A stretch of DNA of 63,015 nt, filler included, from Deltaproteobacteria bacterium (GCA_016218805.1; 7 parts of 7 records of this genome joined end to end with filler, not necessarily neighbours in it), one strand, 5' to 3'. Shown: positions 31,364 to 40,196, counted from the whole stretch's first letter. Numbers and translations are program-made. Notes: a model not told the origin generated them from the sequence alone.

Positions 31364-31577
31364 AGGCAAAGCCGGCCCCGGCGAGCGCAGCGGCAGTCCA
31401 CGGTCAGAACACGCTGCGGACCAACTGGGTCCGTGGAGGGGAACCCCGTTCCCAAAAAGCAAAAGGGATGAAACGAAAGGACGGATGAAGGAAGGGGAGG
31501 CGGCGGGGGCCGCGATGAGCAAACGCGAATGGTGACCATGGCGGGGCGGCGCCGCAGCCCCACGCACCCGTCCGCCC
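31364..31577. repeat. Multicopy non-coding element, copy 1 (truncated by contig start)
   Basis: First 141 nt identical to 43600-43740, then similar with mismatches for about 70 nt. Confidence 0.9.
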
Positions 31578-31681
31578 ACCACCCGCTGCCGTCCGCAGCA
31601 AGCGAGGACCCAAAGGGGGTGAGCAAGCCGCGCGTGCGTGTTAGACGAGCGGGCGGTTGGGTGGTTCGTGGAGGTGACGTG

Positions 31682-32095
31682 ATGGTTCTGGCACGCGGGT
31701 TGGCTTCAACGGCGCTCTTGTTGTGGACGGCGGTCGCAACTGCGGAAGAGCCGCACTACGCGCTGGACACCACGCGCAGCTCCGCGGAGTTGACCGTGGG
31801 CGAAAAAGGCGTGCTGTCCATTGTCATCAAGCCGGCCCCCGGGCGGAAGGTGCACGACCAGGCGCCGCTGTCCATCAGCCTCAAGGCGCCCAAGGGGCTC
31901 ACGCTGGCCAAAGCCAAGCTGGGGCAGGCTGACGTGGTGAACAAGGGCCAGGCCGCGCCGGAGTTCTCCGTGGAGATCACGGCCACAGCCGCCGGCCCCC
32001 AGGCCACGGAAGCGGACCTGCAGTTCTTCATCTGCACGGAGAAGTGGTGCGAGCGCCAGCAGCAGCGCATCACGGTGAGTACCGTCGTCAAGTGA
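31682..32095 (+). CDS. Small exported protein resembling the DsbD N-terminal (Ig-like) domain
   Basis: Signal peptide; IKPAPGRKVH; FFICTEKWCE. Confidence 0.7.
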   Translation: MVLARGLASTALLLWTAVATAEEPHYALDTTRSSAELTVGEKGVLSIVIKPAPGRKVHDQAPLSISLKAPKGLTLAKAKLGQADVVNKGQAAPEFSVEITATAAGPQATEADLQFFICTEKWCERQQQRITVSTVVK

Positions 32096-32101
32096 ACGGC
32101 G

Positions 32102-32995
32102 TCAGCGGCGGCGGCGGCGGCACAGCGCCAGCCACCCCGCCGCCAGGGCCACCGCGCCCCAGGGCGTGCCGCCCGGCACGGCGGTGCTGCGGCACTGCAG
32201 GGGCTCATAGTTCAGCACCGTGGGGATGATGAACGACGCCGCCAGCTCGGCGGAGTCGCGGTCGTCGCTGACCGTCATCAGGATCTCATACGCCCCGTCC
32301 ACGTCGGGACGGAAGCTCACCACGCCCGGTTCCACGTCAGCCAACTCCGCCGTGCTGCCGGGAGGAGACCGGAGCTGCCAGGCAAAGCCCAGCACGCCGT
32401 GCGCAGGATCGTGCGAACTGCCCGACCCGTCCAACTCCACCAGCGTGCCGATCCGGATGCTGTCGGTGGGGCATTCGGGGCTGCAGGCGATCACCTGGTC
32501 ATTGGCCCGCACGGTGAGGACCGGGTTGAGCGTCAGCGCCGTGGCGTGGATGGAGATGCTGGCGGACAGTGCCGCGCCGCCGTCCGCCGCGCCGCGCAGG
32601 GCCACCTCGTAGAAGCCCTCCAGGTCCGGGGTCAGCAGCACCTGGGCGGCGCGCGGGTCAGACAGGGCGGCCACGCTGCCCGCCGGGCGCATGGCCAGTT
32701 CCCAGAACAGTGACACGCTCCCGGCGCCCGGGCCCGCTGCGGTCCCGGACAGGGTCACCAGCTGGGAGGGGCGCGCGGTGAGTTCGCGGCAGGGCGCCGC
32801 GCACGGGCCGTCTGAAGTGGACGCGGCAATGAGCAGCAGCGTCTCCAGCGGCGCGGCATCCGGGAGTGCCGCATCCGCGGCGGCGGCGTCCGCCACCGCC
32901 CCATCCAGCGGCTCACCCCCGTCCTGGGCCAGGACGCACAACGGGGCCAGCATCACGGCGGCACACACCCACGCTCGAACCATGGCGCGCACCAT
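32102..32995 (-). CDS. PKD/Ig-like repeat protein with MYXO-CTERM-like C-terminal anchor
   Basis: Two units (W.L...P.GS.A.L, PD..G.YE), VELDGSGSSHDP; Cys, TM segment and RRRRR tail. Confidence 0.75.
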   Translation of the reverse strand: MVRAMVRAWVCAAVMLAPLCVLAQDGGEPLDGAVADAAAADAALPDAAPLETLLLIAASTSDGPCAAPCRELTARPSQLVTLSGTAAGPGAGSVSLFWELAMRPAGSVAALSDPRAAQVLLTPDLEGFYEVALRGAADGGAALSASISIHATALTLNPVLTVRANDQVIACSPECPTDSIRIGTLVELDGSGSSHDPAHGVLGFAWQLRSPPGSTAELADVEPGVVSFRPDVDGAYEILMTVSDDRDSAELAASFIIPTVLNYEPLQCRSTAVPGGTPWGAVALAAGWLALCRRRRR

Positions 32996-33032
32996 GCCAC
33001 GGGCGGTGGTCCCCGTTCCACCGGGGAGGTGA

Positions 33033-33566
33033 TCAGCCCCAGGCCAGCCGGCAGACGATCACGCTCATCACCACGCTGACCGCCTCGCCCAGGATTCCCA
33101 CGACGAGCGCGTAGCGCAGGTTGGTGATCCCCACGCTGCCAAAATACACGGCCAGCACATAGAAGGTGGTCTCCGCGCACGAACTGATGACGCTGGCCAG
33201 CCTGGCCGCGTACCCGTCCGGCCCGTAGCTCTTCATGATGTCCACCAGCACCGCGTTGGCGCCGGAGCCGCTGAGCGGGCGGATGAGCACCATGGGCATC
33301 ACCTCGGCGGGGATGCCCAGCGGTTCGGTGACCGGCCCCAGCACGCGCGACAGCGCGTCTATCAGCCCCGTGCTGCGCACCATGCTGATGGCCGCCAGGA
33401 TGCCCACCAGGTAGGGGATGATTTTCACCGCCGTGTCAAACCCCTCCTTGGCGCCCTCAATGAACGCGGCGTACACGTCCACCTTCCGGTAGGCGGCAAT
33501 GAGGAACACCGCCATGAACAACACCGGGATGGCGGTGTGGCTGGTGCCTTCCAGCAGCTGCCTCAT
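33033..33566 (-). CDS. spmB: Spore maturation protein B family (nucleoside-recognition gate)
   Basis: FIEGAKEGF, IRPLSGSG, ETTFYVLAVYFGSVGI. Confidence 0.9.
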   Translation of the reverse strand: MRQLLEGTSHTAIPVLFMAVFLIAAYRKVDVYAAFIEGAKEGFDTAVKIIPYLVGILAAISMVRSTGLIDALSRVLGPVTEPLGIPAEVMPMVLIRPLSGSGANAVLVDIMKSYGPDGYAARLASVISSCAETTFYVLAVYFGSVGITNLRYALVVGILGEAVSVVMSVIVCRLAWG

Positions 33567-34225
33567 CCCGGGCCTCCCCGCTCCGCGGGCGGCGGCGGCG
33601 GCCGGCTGAGCCAGGCGAACACCTTGGCAATGATCACCGCCACCACGCTGGTCAGCGCCGTGGCCAGCGCCACCGGCCCCACAATGTCCGAAGGATCCGC
33701 CGCGCCGGCCGCCTGGCGCAGCGCCATGGTCTGGGACGGCAGCGGCGTGAAGGAGGTGGCGTGCAGCGCCAGGAACAGGCACATGGCGTCGGTGGCAACG
33801 GCGGGATTGGGGTTGAGCTTCTGCAGCTCCTGCATGGCCTTGATGCCCAGCGGGGTGGCCGCGTTGCCAATGCCCAGCGCGTTGGCGGACAGGTTGAGCG
33901 TCATGGCGCTGATGGCCGGGTGCCCGCGCGGGATGTCCGGGAACAACCGCGCCATCACCGGCTCCACCGCGCGCCCCACCAGCTCAATGAGGCCGGCTTT
34001 CTCCGCCACCTTCATCAGGCCCAGCCACAGCGTCATCACACCAATGAGCTTGAGGGCCAGCTCCGCGGCCGTCTGCACCGCGTCAAACAGCGTGTTGGTC
34101 AGCGTGCCGGAGAGCCCCTTGCTGCAGGTGGTGGCGTCCGTGAACAGGCCCGTCACGCAGCCCAGGTCCACGCCCAGCGCGTAGCAGCACCCCAGCAACA
34201 CCAGCCCGACAAAGACCTTGCTCAC
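33563..34225 (-). CDS. spmA: Spore maturation protein A family
   Basis: LWLGLMKVAEKAGL, RLFPDIPRGHPA, NALGIGNAATPLGIKAMQEL. Confidence 0.9.
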   Translation of the reverse strand: MSKVFVGLVLLGCCYALGVDLGCVTGLFTDATTCSKGLSGTLTNTLFDAVQTAAELALKLIGVMTLWLGLMKVAEKAGLIELVGRAVEPVMARLFPDIPRGHPAISAMTLNLSANALGIGNAATPLGIKAMQELQKLNPNPAVATDAMCLFLALHATSFTPLPSQTMALRQAAGAADPSDIVGPVALATALTSVVAVIIAKVFAWLSRPPPPPAERGGPG

Positions 34226-34265
34226 GCGCCCGAGCTTACGGCCGGGAGCGCCGCGGCCCAAGATT

Positions 34266-34760
34266 TCATCCCGCCGCGGGAGGCCACGTGCACGGAGAGG
34301 GGCTCTCGGCTTGCACCGGCCGGTCCACGGAAAGGATCTCCACGCGTCGGCCCAGCACCTGGAACGTCGCCGCCAGCCGCCGGGCTTCCTGAATGACCTC
34401 GGCGTCCACCAGACTCAGCCCCTGCACGGCGCGCTCGTCTGCGAACATCTCCAGCACCGCCAGGAAGCGCCGGACGGCAGCATTGTCCGGGGAACCCGCC
34501 GACGTGATGCGGAGGACCTCATTCTGCACCAGGGCTCGCAGCCTCATCGCCAGCTGGCGGCGCTGATTCCCATCAGGAAGGCCCGCCACATGCGTGCCAA
34601 ACTCGAAGACAACGCCCGGCGTCACCCAGAAGTCAGACTGCGTCGTCTTCGACTCCTCGAGCAGCTTTCTTGCCGCGTCACGCCACGCGCGCTGGGTCTT
34701 GCCGGGCATCGCCAGCAGCTCGTCAAGGAAACCGGTGTCTACAACGTACGCCACCTTCAC
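34266..34760 (-). CDS. PIN-domain nuclease
   Basis: VVDTGFL, VVFEFG, GLSLVDA and ILSVD supply the four acidic residues typical of PIN domains; 4-nt overlap with the ATPase gene. Confidence 0.75.
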   Translation of the reverse strand: MKVAYVVDTGFLDELLAMPGKTQRAWRDAARKLLEESKTTQSDFWVTPGVVFEFGTHVAGLPDGNQRRQLAMRLRALVQNEVLRITSAGSPDNAAVRRFLAVLEMFADERAVQGLSLVDAEVIQEARRLAATFQVLGRRVEILSVDRPVQAESPSPCTWPPAAG

Positions 34761-36010
34761 GGTTCGCCCATCCCAAGCAGCGCATCCAGGTCCACTGCCG
34801 GGCGGGACGGCGGAGCTGCACCGGTCAGCCCCTCCTGTGTCTCCGCGGCACCCAAGCGCCCCTTCTCCGCCAGGTACTCCGCGCCGGGCAGGCTCCAGAA
34901 CGGCACCAGTTCGTGCCCGCCCGCGCCGCGCCGGGCCACCACGATGCTCCCGTACTGCTCCACGGTGAGCGCATCCAGGACGGCGGGGCTGTGCGTGGTG
35001 GCCAGCACCCGTGCGTCCCGGCGGCTGCCGGCTTCCAGGATGTGCTTCACCAGCGCCCGCGCGCGTGCCGGGTGTAGTCCCCGTTCAATCTCCTCAATGG
35101 TCACCACGCTCCCGGGGTTCGTCGTCTCCATGGCCACCGCCACGGCAATCGCCCGCAGCGTACCGTCGGACAGCACGCGGGCGTCATACTTGCGGCCGGT
35201 GGCCTCCTCCAGTTCGAGCATCACCTGTCCGTTGGGCGCCTCCACAAACCCCAGCTTGCAGGCGTCCGCGTCCGGGATGGTGGCAATGAACTGCTCCACC
35301 TGCCGGAACCCCTCGGGGTTGGTCGCCCTCAGTGCATACGCCGCCGCGGAGACATTGAAGCCGTTGGGAGCCATTTGGTGGAGGCGGTGGTCCGCAAACT
35401 GCCGCATGGCTTCGGGATGGAAGTCAAAGACCCGGAAGTCCACCAGCCAGCGCACCGCCTCGCGCAGCTCGTCCGCCGCTTTGGTCTTCTCGCCACCCCC
35501 GTCAGCCCGGCCCAGGTAGGTGCGATCATCGCTGACGGGGAATCCCGTGTCCGGCGGAATGACAACAAACCCAGCGCCTGGTCCCTGCCCGGCCTTGAGG
35601 TGGAACACCACGCTCTGCGTGGCGCCCTCGTGCACAATCAGCTCCTCGGTGGCAATGCGGGCCCCCCGCTCGTCCACGTCGATGGCCACGTCGTACCGGA
35701 GGGCTCCGTCATGGTTGGCCAGGTCCAGGCCCAGCGCCATCCGGCGGCCGCCGTCTTGGGGCACGCACCCCGGCAGACCCCCGCGTACCTCCAGGTAGCC
35801 GCCGTACCCGCCCACGTCGGTGACCTCTGGGAGCCGGCCGCCGCGGCACAGGTGGGCCAGCAGCTTGAATGCCTCCAGCGCGTTGGTCTTCCCCGTCCCA
35901 TTGCGGCCAATGAGCAGCGTCAACGGTTGCTGCAGGGACAACGCGGCACCGGGCGCAAACCCTTTGAACCGGGGCAGGCGCAGCGTGAGGTCCTTGGGAA
36001 GTGACACCAT
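34757..36010 (-). CDS. ABC-type (AAA_21/AAA_15-like) ATPase without TM domain
   Basis: Walker A GRNGTGKTN, signature LSDGT, Walker B/D-loop IEEIERGLHP, H-loop TTHSP. Confidence 0.9.
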   Translation of the reverse strand: MVSLPKDLTLRLPRFKGFAPGAALSLQQPLTLLIGRNGTGKTNALEAFKLLAHLCRGGRLPEVTDVGGYGGYLEVRGGLPGCVPQDGGRRMALGLDLANHDGALRYDVAIDVDERGARIATEELIVHEGATQSVVFHLKAGQGPGAGFVVIPPDTGFPVSDDRTYLGRADGGGEKTKAADELREAVRWLVDFRVFDFHPEAMRQFADHRLHQMAPNGFNVSAAAYALRATNPEGFRQVEQFIATIPDADACKLGFVEAPNGQVMLELEEATGRKYDARVLSDGTLRAIAVAVAMETTNPGSVVTIEEIERGLHPARARALVKHILEAGSRRDARVLATTHSPAVLDALTVEQYGSIVVARRGAGGHELVPFWSLPGAEYLAEKGRLGAAETQEGLTGAAPPSRPAVDLDALLGMGEP

Positions 36011-36084
36011 GGGGCGCTCCCTATCCGGCAACACCTCCCAAGCTACCACGTCACGCGCCCCGCCCGGCCCGGAAGGCGGCGGCG

Positions 36085-36242
36085 AGCCTGTCCGGGACGC
36101 GCAGGAGCCAGTCCGGGCCGCGCGGGAGCCATTCCGGGCCACCGCGGAGGCGTTCCGGGCCAGTGGGGATGGCATTCCGGGCCACCGCGGAAGCGTTCCG
36201 GGCCGCCCGCCGGGGTTTCCGGGGAGGGCACGGAAGCTTCCC
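36085..36242. repeat. Degenerate 21-bp tandem array (TTCCGGGCC core)
   Basis: TCCGGG at 36091, 36112, 36133, 36154, 36176, 36197 and 36218. Confidence 0.85.
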
Positions 36243-36244
36243 TG

Positions 36245-37165
36245 TCAGCGGGGCGCGGCCGGCGTGGTGGTGGCGGGGGTGGTCTTGGCGGGGCGGCGCT
36301 GGTCACGGCCTGGGAAGATGTGGTCCAGCTGGTAGCGGCCTTCCTTGGTGGGGTCACCGGCGGTGACGTCCCGGCCCCAGGGCGCCAGGTAGGTCATGGC
36401 ATCAAACAGCAACCGCTTGAGCGCCGCGCGGCGTGCGCTGACGCTGCCGCGGTCACTGCGCGTCCCGTCCTTGCCCTCCAGCAGCCCGTCCAGCACGCCC
36501 AGGGCGGTCTCCAGCGCTTCCACCAGGGTCTCTGCGTACGCCGGGTCATTGAACTCGGTCAGGCGCTTGCGGGCCATGCGGGCCGCGCGCGACCCCGCGT
36601 TGAACACCGCAAACGGGTCCTTGCTGGAGCGTTCCACGCTGAACAGTGACAGCGGGATGCCGCAGCACTCGGCGCGACGGCTGATGGCCCCGCGCGCGTC
36701 CATCACGTCGTTCACCGCCAGCTGGAGGTCCTCGTCCAGCACTTCGTCCTGGGCGCCCACGTCCACCTGGTCATCTCCCAGCCCGTCCAGGTTCTCCAGC
36801 AACAGGTCCAGCCAATCAAAGTGTGCCGCGGTGATGGGTGTCTTTTTGGAAATGAACAACGGGAGGTCCGCGCGGCCCTGCTGCATTTCCCGGCCATCAC
36901 GAATCATGCGGGGCTGCTGGTAGCGCGCGTAGTCGCTCTTGCGCTTCTTGGGTTGGCTGATCCAGGCCCGCACGGCACCGTCCAACGCGGCCTGGTTGAC
37001 GGTGTCAGGCGGTTCGCCGGCGCCCTTGGGGCGGGCCGCCAGGCGGTTGGTGCTGCGGCGCGCCACAATGTTCACCTTGCCCGCTCCCGGGCGCGTTGCC
37101 GTGGAGCGGACCGCCTTCTTCTTACCCTGCTTCTTCGCCTTCTTCGCCTTCTTCCGGATCGCCAT
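36245..37165 (-). CDS. Hypothetical protein with Lys-rich N-terminus and apparently all-helical body
   Basis: 306-aa ORF, GGGAGG RBS, host-like codon usage; no motif recognised. Confidence 0.8.
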   Translation of the reverse strand: MAIRKKAKKAKKQGKKKAVRSTATRPGAGKVNIVARRSTNRLAARPKGAGEPPDTVNQAALDGAVRAWISQPKKRKSDYARYQQPRMIRDGREMQQGRADLPLFISKKTPITAAHFDWLDLLLENLDGLGDDQVDVGAQDEVLDEDLQLAVNDVMDARGAISRRAECCGIPLSLFSVERSSKDPFAVFNAGSRAARMARKRLTEFNDPAYAETLVEALETALGVLDGLLEGKDGTRSDRGSVSARRAALKRLLFDAMTYLAPWGRDVTAGDPTKEGRYQLDHIFPGRDQRRPAKTTPATTTPAAPR

Positions 37166-37203
37166 CGCCCTACCCTCCCATTGTCAAGACGCGCGGTCCC
37201 TCA

Positions 37204-37429
37204 GGGTGTGATCGCCCATGGTTGTGGTCCCTGCCGGTGGGGCAGCCACAGGATCCCAAAGTGCCGTTGTGGTGTGGCACAGCCGCCCCGGCTGTGCCGG
37301 TGCATGGCGACGTCACGGGTGTCCCGCTGGCGTCCCGGCGGGGGCGGCCGGGCCACACCGCGCTGGCGTGCTACCTGGCCGCAGCGGCGTTGTCGATCCC
37401 AGCGTCTACAACCATCTCGCATCACACCC
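37204..37429. mobile_element. 226-bp MITE with imperfect TIRs and a 9-bp target-site duplication
   Basis: TIRs GGGTGTGATCGCCCATGGTTGT / GGGTGTGATGCGAGATGGTTGT (17/22); direct repeat GGTCCCTCA at 37195-37203 and 37430-37438; second copy at 59502. Confidence 0.9.
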
Positions 37430-37484
37430 GGTCCCTCACCGCGGTTGGCAGCTTCTACCCGCCCGCCAAATCACCACGCAACCC

Positions 37485-38831
37485 TCACGGCCCCGCGTCC
37501 CCGGGCGCGGCCAGCGCGTCATACGCGGCCTGCAGCCAGGGGTCCGTGCCCAGGTCCCCCTCCTTGCCGCGCTGGGCAATCTTGTCGGGGTCCAAGGCCA
37601 CGTCGGGGACAATGCCTTCGCCCACCGTGGTGCCCGCCGGGGTCATGTACATGGCGGAGGTGATCTTCAGGTAGCCGCCGCCATCAATGGGAATCAGCTT
37701 CTGCACACTGCCCTTGCCGTAGGTCACCGTGCCCAGCAGCGGCGCCTTGCGGCGTTCGCGCAGGACCAGCGCCACCAGTTCCGCCGCGGAGGCGGAGCGG
37801 CCGTCCACCAGCACCACCAGCGGGAGCTTTTCACCGGGGTCCCCGGGCCGCGCTTCAAACCGCTGCACCGGCCGGGAGGCGCGGGACACCACCTGCGCCA
37901 GCGCCCCCTCCTCCACAAACAGGTCCGCCATGGCCACCGCGTCCCCCACCTGCCCGCCGGCGTTGCCGCGGAAGTCCAGGATGATGCCGCGCCGGTTGCC
38001 GGGGTGCTTGAGCAGCGCTTCGCGGACCAGCTTGGCGCTGTTGCCCAGGATGGGCCCGGGGACAATGTACAGCGCGTCCTTGAGTTCCTTGACGTGCGGC
38101 TGCAGCGCAAAGGGCGGGTCACGCCGGATGCTGATGGCGTTGACCCCGTCACCGCCGCGCGGTTCCACCACCAGCTCCACGCTGCTGCCGGTGGGGCCCA
38201 GCAGCAGTGCGCCCACCTCGCCCAGGGACAGGCCGTCCACGGCGTGGTGGTCCACGCGCCGCAGCAGTTGCATGGGTTTGATGCCTGCGGCGGCCGCGGC
38301 GCTGCCCGGCTGCACGCTCTTGATGAGGTAGTTGCTGCCGGACAGCGTGACCTCCAGGCCCACGTCCCCCAACATCTCCCCTTCCGAATACCCCAGCCGC
38401 TCCATGTAGAAGGGCCGGATGTACCCGGAGTGCCGGTCCGCCAGCGCCTGCACCACGCCGGCGGCCACCGCGTCATCCACCAGCGGCACGTCCCGCGTGG
38501 CGCCCACCGCGGCCGCGCACTTCTCCAGCGCACCGGCCACCTCCGTCTCGGACAGCATGGCCTCCGTGTCGAACCGGAGCGTGACCTTGCCGCGTGTGCA
38601 GCTCACGCGCGCGGCCTTGTCCACCGCAAAGCTGGTGCCCGGCGCCAGGCGCATCAGGCCGGCCAGGCCGCCCTGCAGCAGTTCAGCGCGCGTGGGCTCA
38701 CCCACAAACGACTGGGTGATGGCCTTGAGGATCATGCGGGTGCGGACCAGGCGTGGGGCGGGAGGCGCCGCGGCACCGGGGAGAGCGCCACCCAGAAGCA
38801 GCGCGGCGACGAGAACGCGGGAGAGGCTCAT
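37485..38831 (-). CDS. S41 C-terminal processing protease (PDZ plus peptidase)
   Basis: IILDFRGNAGG, SASAAE, TYGKGSVQ, GIVPDV. Confidence 0.92.
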   Translation of the reverse strand: MSLSRVLVAALLLGGALPGAAAPPAPRLVRTRMILKAITQSFVGEPTRAELLQGGLAGLMRLAPGTSFAVDKAARVSCTRGKVTLRFDTEAMLSETEVAGALEKCAAAVGATRDVPLVDDAVAAGVVQALADRHSGYIRPFYMERLGYSEGEMLGDVGLEVTLSGSNYLIKSVQPGSAAAAAGIKPMQLLRRVDHHAVDGLSLGEVGALLLGPTGSSVELVVEPRGGDGVNAISIRRDPPFALQPHVKELKDALYIVPGPILGNSAKLVREALLKHPGNRRGIILDFRGNAGGQVGDAVAMADLFVEEGALAQVVSRASRPVQRFEARPGDPGEKLPLVVLVDGRSASAAELVALVLRERRKAPLLGTVTYGKGSVQKLIPIDGGGYLKITSAMYMTPAGTTVGEGIVPDVALDPDKIAQRGKEGDLGTDPWLQAAYDALAAPGDAGP

Positions 38832-38951
38832 GGCGCCAACCACAGTGGCGGGCAGCGGGGTGCGCGGGCAAGCGCGGGGGCATTCACACGCGGGAGCAGG
38901 CTTGCGCTAGGCTGCGCCGCCCCCCCGGGGGGGGGTCCGGTGGTGAGACGC

Positions 38952-40196
38952 ATGAGCGGGAAGAAGCGCAAAGCGGTGAGCAAGGCCCGGCCGGCCAAGC
39001 CGGAGGGGTGGACCACCCGCGGGCGCAAGCCGCGCACGGAGTGGGAGCAGGCGTTCTGGCGCTATCTGGCCATCACGGTGGTCATGAGCGTGATGTACGT
39101 GATCTACCGGTGGCACCCCTATTACAACCGGAACAACTTCAAGCCGTGGCACCCGTTCTTTGAGAGCGTCTACTGGACGTGGGTGGTGCTGGGCATCCCG
39201 TACTGCGTGGTGACGCTGAGGAAATTCGGCGGGCGGAAGATGGACCTGACGGACGGGGCGGTGCACTGGGCCATCCTGTTCCGCGGCATCTTCAACTGGC
39301 TGATGGAGGAGTGCCGCTGGCCCTCACACATCTGGAAGAACCGCCGCATGCGCGTGAGCGTGCTGTCCCTGGGCGTCAAAGCGTTCTTCACGCCGCTGAT
39401 GCTCACCTTCATGGTGGAGCACTGGGGCAACATGGCGGCGCTGTGGATGAAGCGGAAGGGCGTGCCCATGCTCACCCAGGAGCAGTTGGGCCAGATGAAC
39501 GGCTTGGAGGTGGTGGCGCGCGTGACCGCCTGGTGGGACTACCTGGCGGAGACCGTGCCGCGCCTGCTGCCCACCTGGCAGGGCTTCCTGGACTTCATCA
39601 ACGTGTCCCGCTGGGCCCCCGGCGAGAAGTGGTTTGTGTTTGACCTTTACTACCAGCTGCTGTTCTTTGTGGACACCATCTGGGCGCTGACCGGGTACGC
39701 GGCGGAGAGCCGCTGGCTGGGGAACAAGACCAAGAGCGTGGAGCCCACGGGGTTTGGCTGGATGGTGGCGCTGATGTGCTACCCGCCGTTCAATGACATC
39801 TCCGGCACGTACTTCCCGCTGGGGCGCTCCGGCACCCTGTTCAATGACGAATCCCTGCTGGTGGCCTGCCGCGTGGCCATGCTGGCCGCGTTCACCATCT
39901 ACGTGGCCGCCACCATTGCGTTTGGACCCACGTTCTCCAACCTGACCAACCGCGGCATCATCACGCGCGGGCCGTACGCGTTCATCCGGCACCCGGCCTA
40001 CGCGTGCAAGAACTTTGCGTGGTGGATGGAGTACCTGCCCAACGCGGGGTCACCCACCACGTTCCTGTGGCTCATCTGCTGGAACATCATCTACGGCCTG
40101 CGCGCCTGGACCGAGGAACGCCACCTCAGCAAGGACCCCGAGTACGTGGCGTACAAGAAGAAGGTCCCCTACGTGGCCATCCCGGGCATCATCTGA
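38952..40196 (+). CDS. Isoprenylcysteine carboxyl methyltransferase (ICMT/PEMT)-family membrane protein
   Basis: FSNLTNRGIITRGPYAFIRHPAY, RAWTEERHL, Y..Y..KV. Confidence 0.85.
   Translation: MSGKKRKAVSKARPAKPEGWTTRGRKPRTEWEQAFWRYLAITVVMSVMYVIYRWHPYYNRNNFKPWHPFFESVYWTWVVLGIPYCVVTLRKFGGRKMDLTDGAVHWAILFRGIFNWLMEECRWPSHIWKNRRMRVSVLSLGVKAFFTPLMLTFMVEHWGNMAALWMKRKGVPMLTQEQLGQMNGLEVVARVTAWWDYLAETVPRLLPTWQGFLDFINVSRWAPGEKWFVFDLYYQLLFFVDTIWALTGYAAESRWLGNKTKSVEPTGFGWMVALMCYPPFNDISGTYFPLGRSGTLFNDESLLVACRVAMLAAFTIYVAATIAFGPTFSNLTNRGIITRGPYAFIRHPAYACKNFAWWMEYLPNAGSPTTFLWLICWNIIYGLRAWTEERHLSKDPEYVAYKKKVPYVAIPGII

Noticed and set aside
31385..31440. HDV-like or hammerhead ribozyme in the multicopy element
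   Set aside because: Helix order resembles HDV P1/P2/P4, but P3/L3 and the J4/2 strand with the catalytic C are missing, and there is no CUGANGA hammerhead core.
31555..31577. Group II intron 5' end (GTGCG on the minus strand)
   Set aside because: The two copies diverge right after GTGCG, and no domain V/VI or reverse transcriptase is visible.
33033..34225. spmA/spmB as evidence of endospore formation
   Set aside because: These gate-domain membrane proteins are widespread in non-sporulating bacteria.
36085..36242. CRISPR array
   Set aside because: The 21-bp total period is too short and there are no unique spacers.
37290..37429. Shared 140-bp segment read as a conserved leader of the 306-aa gene
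   Set aside because: TIRs and the 9-bp TSD show it belongs to an independently inserted MITE.
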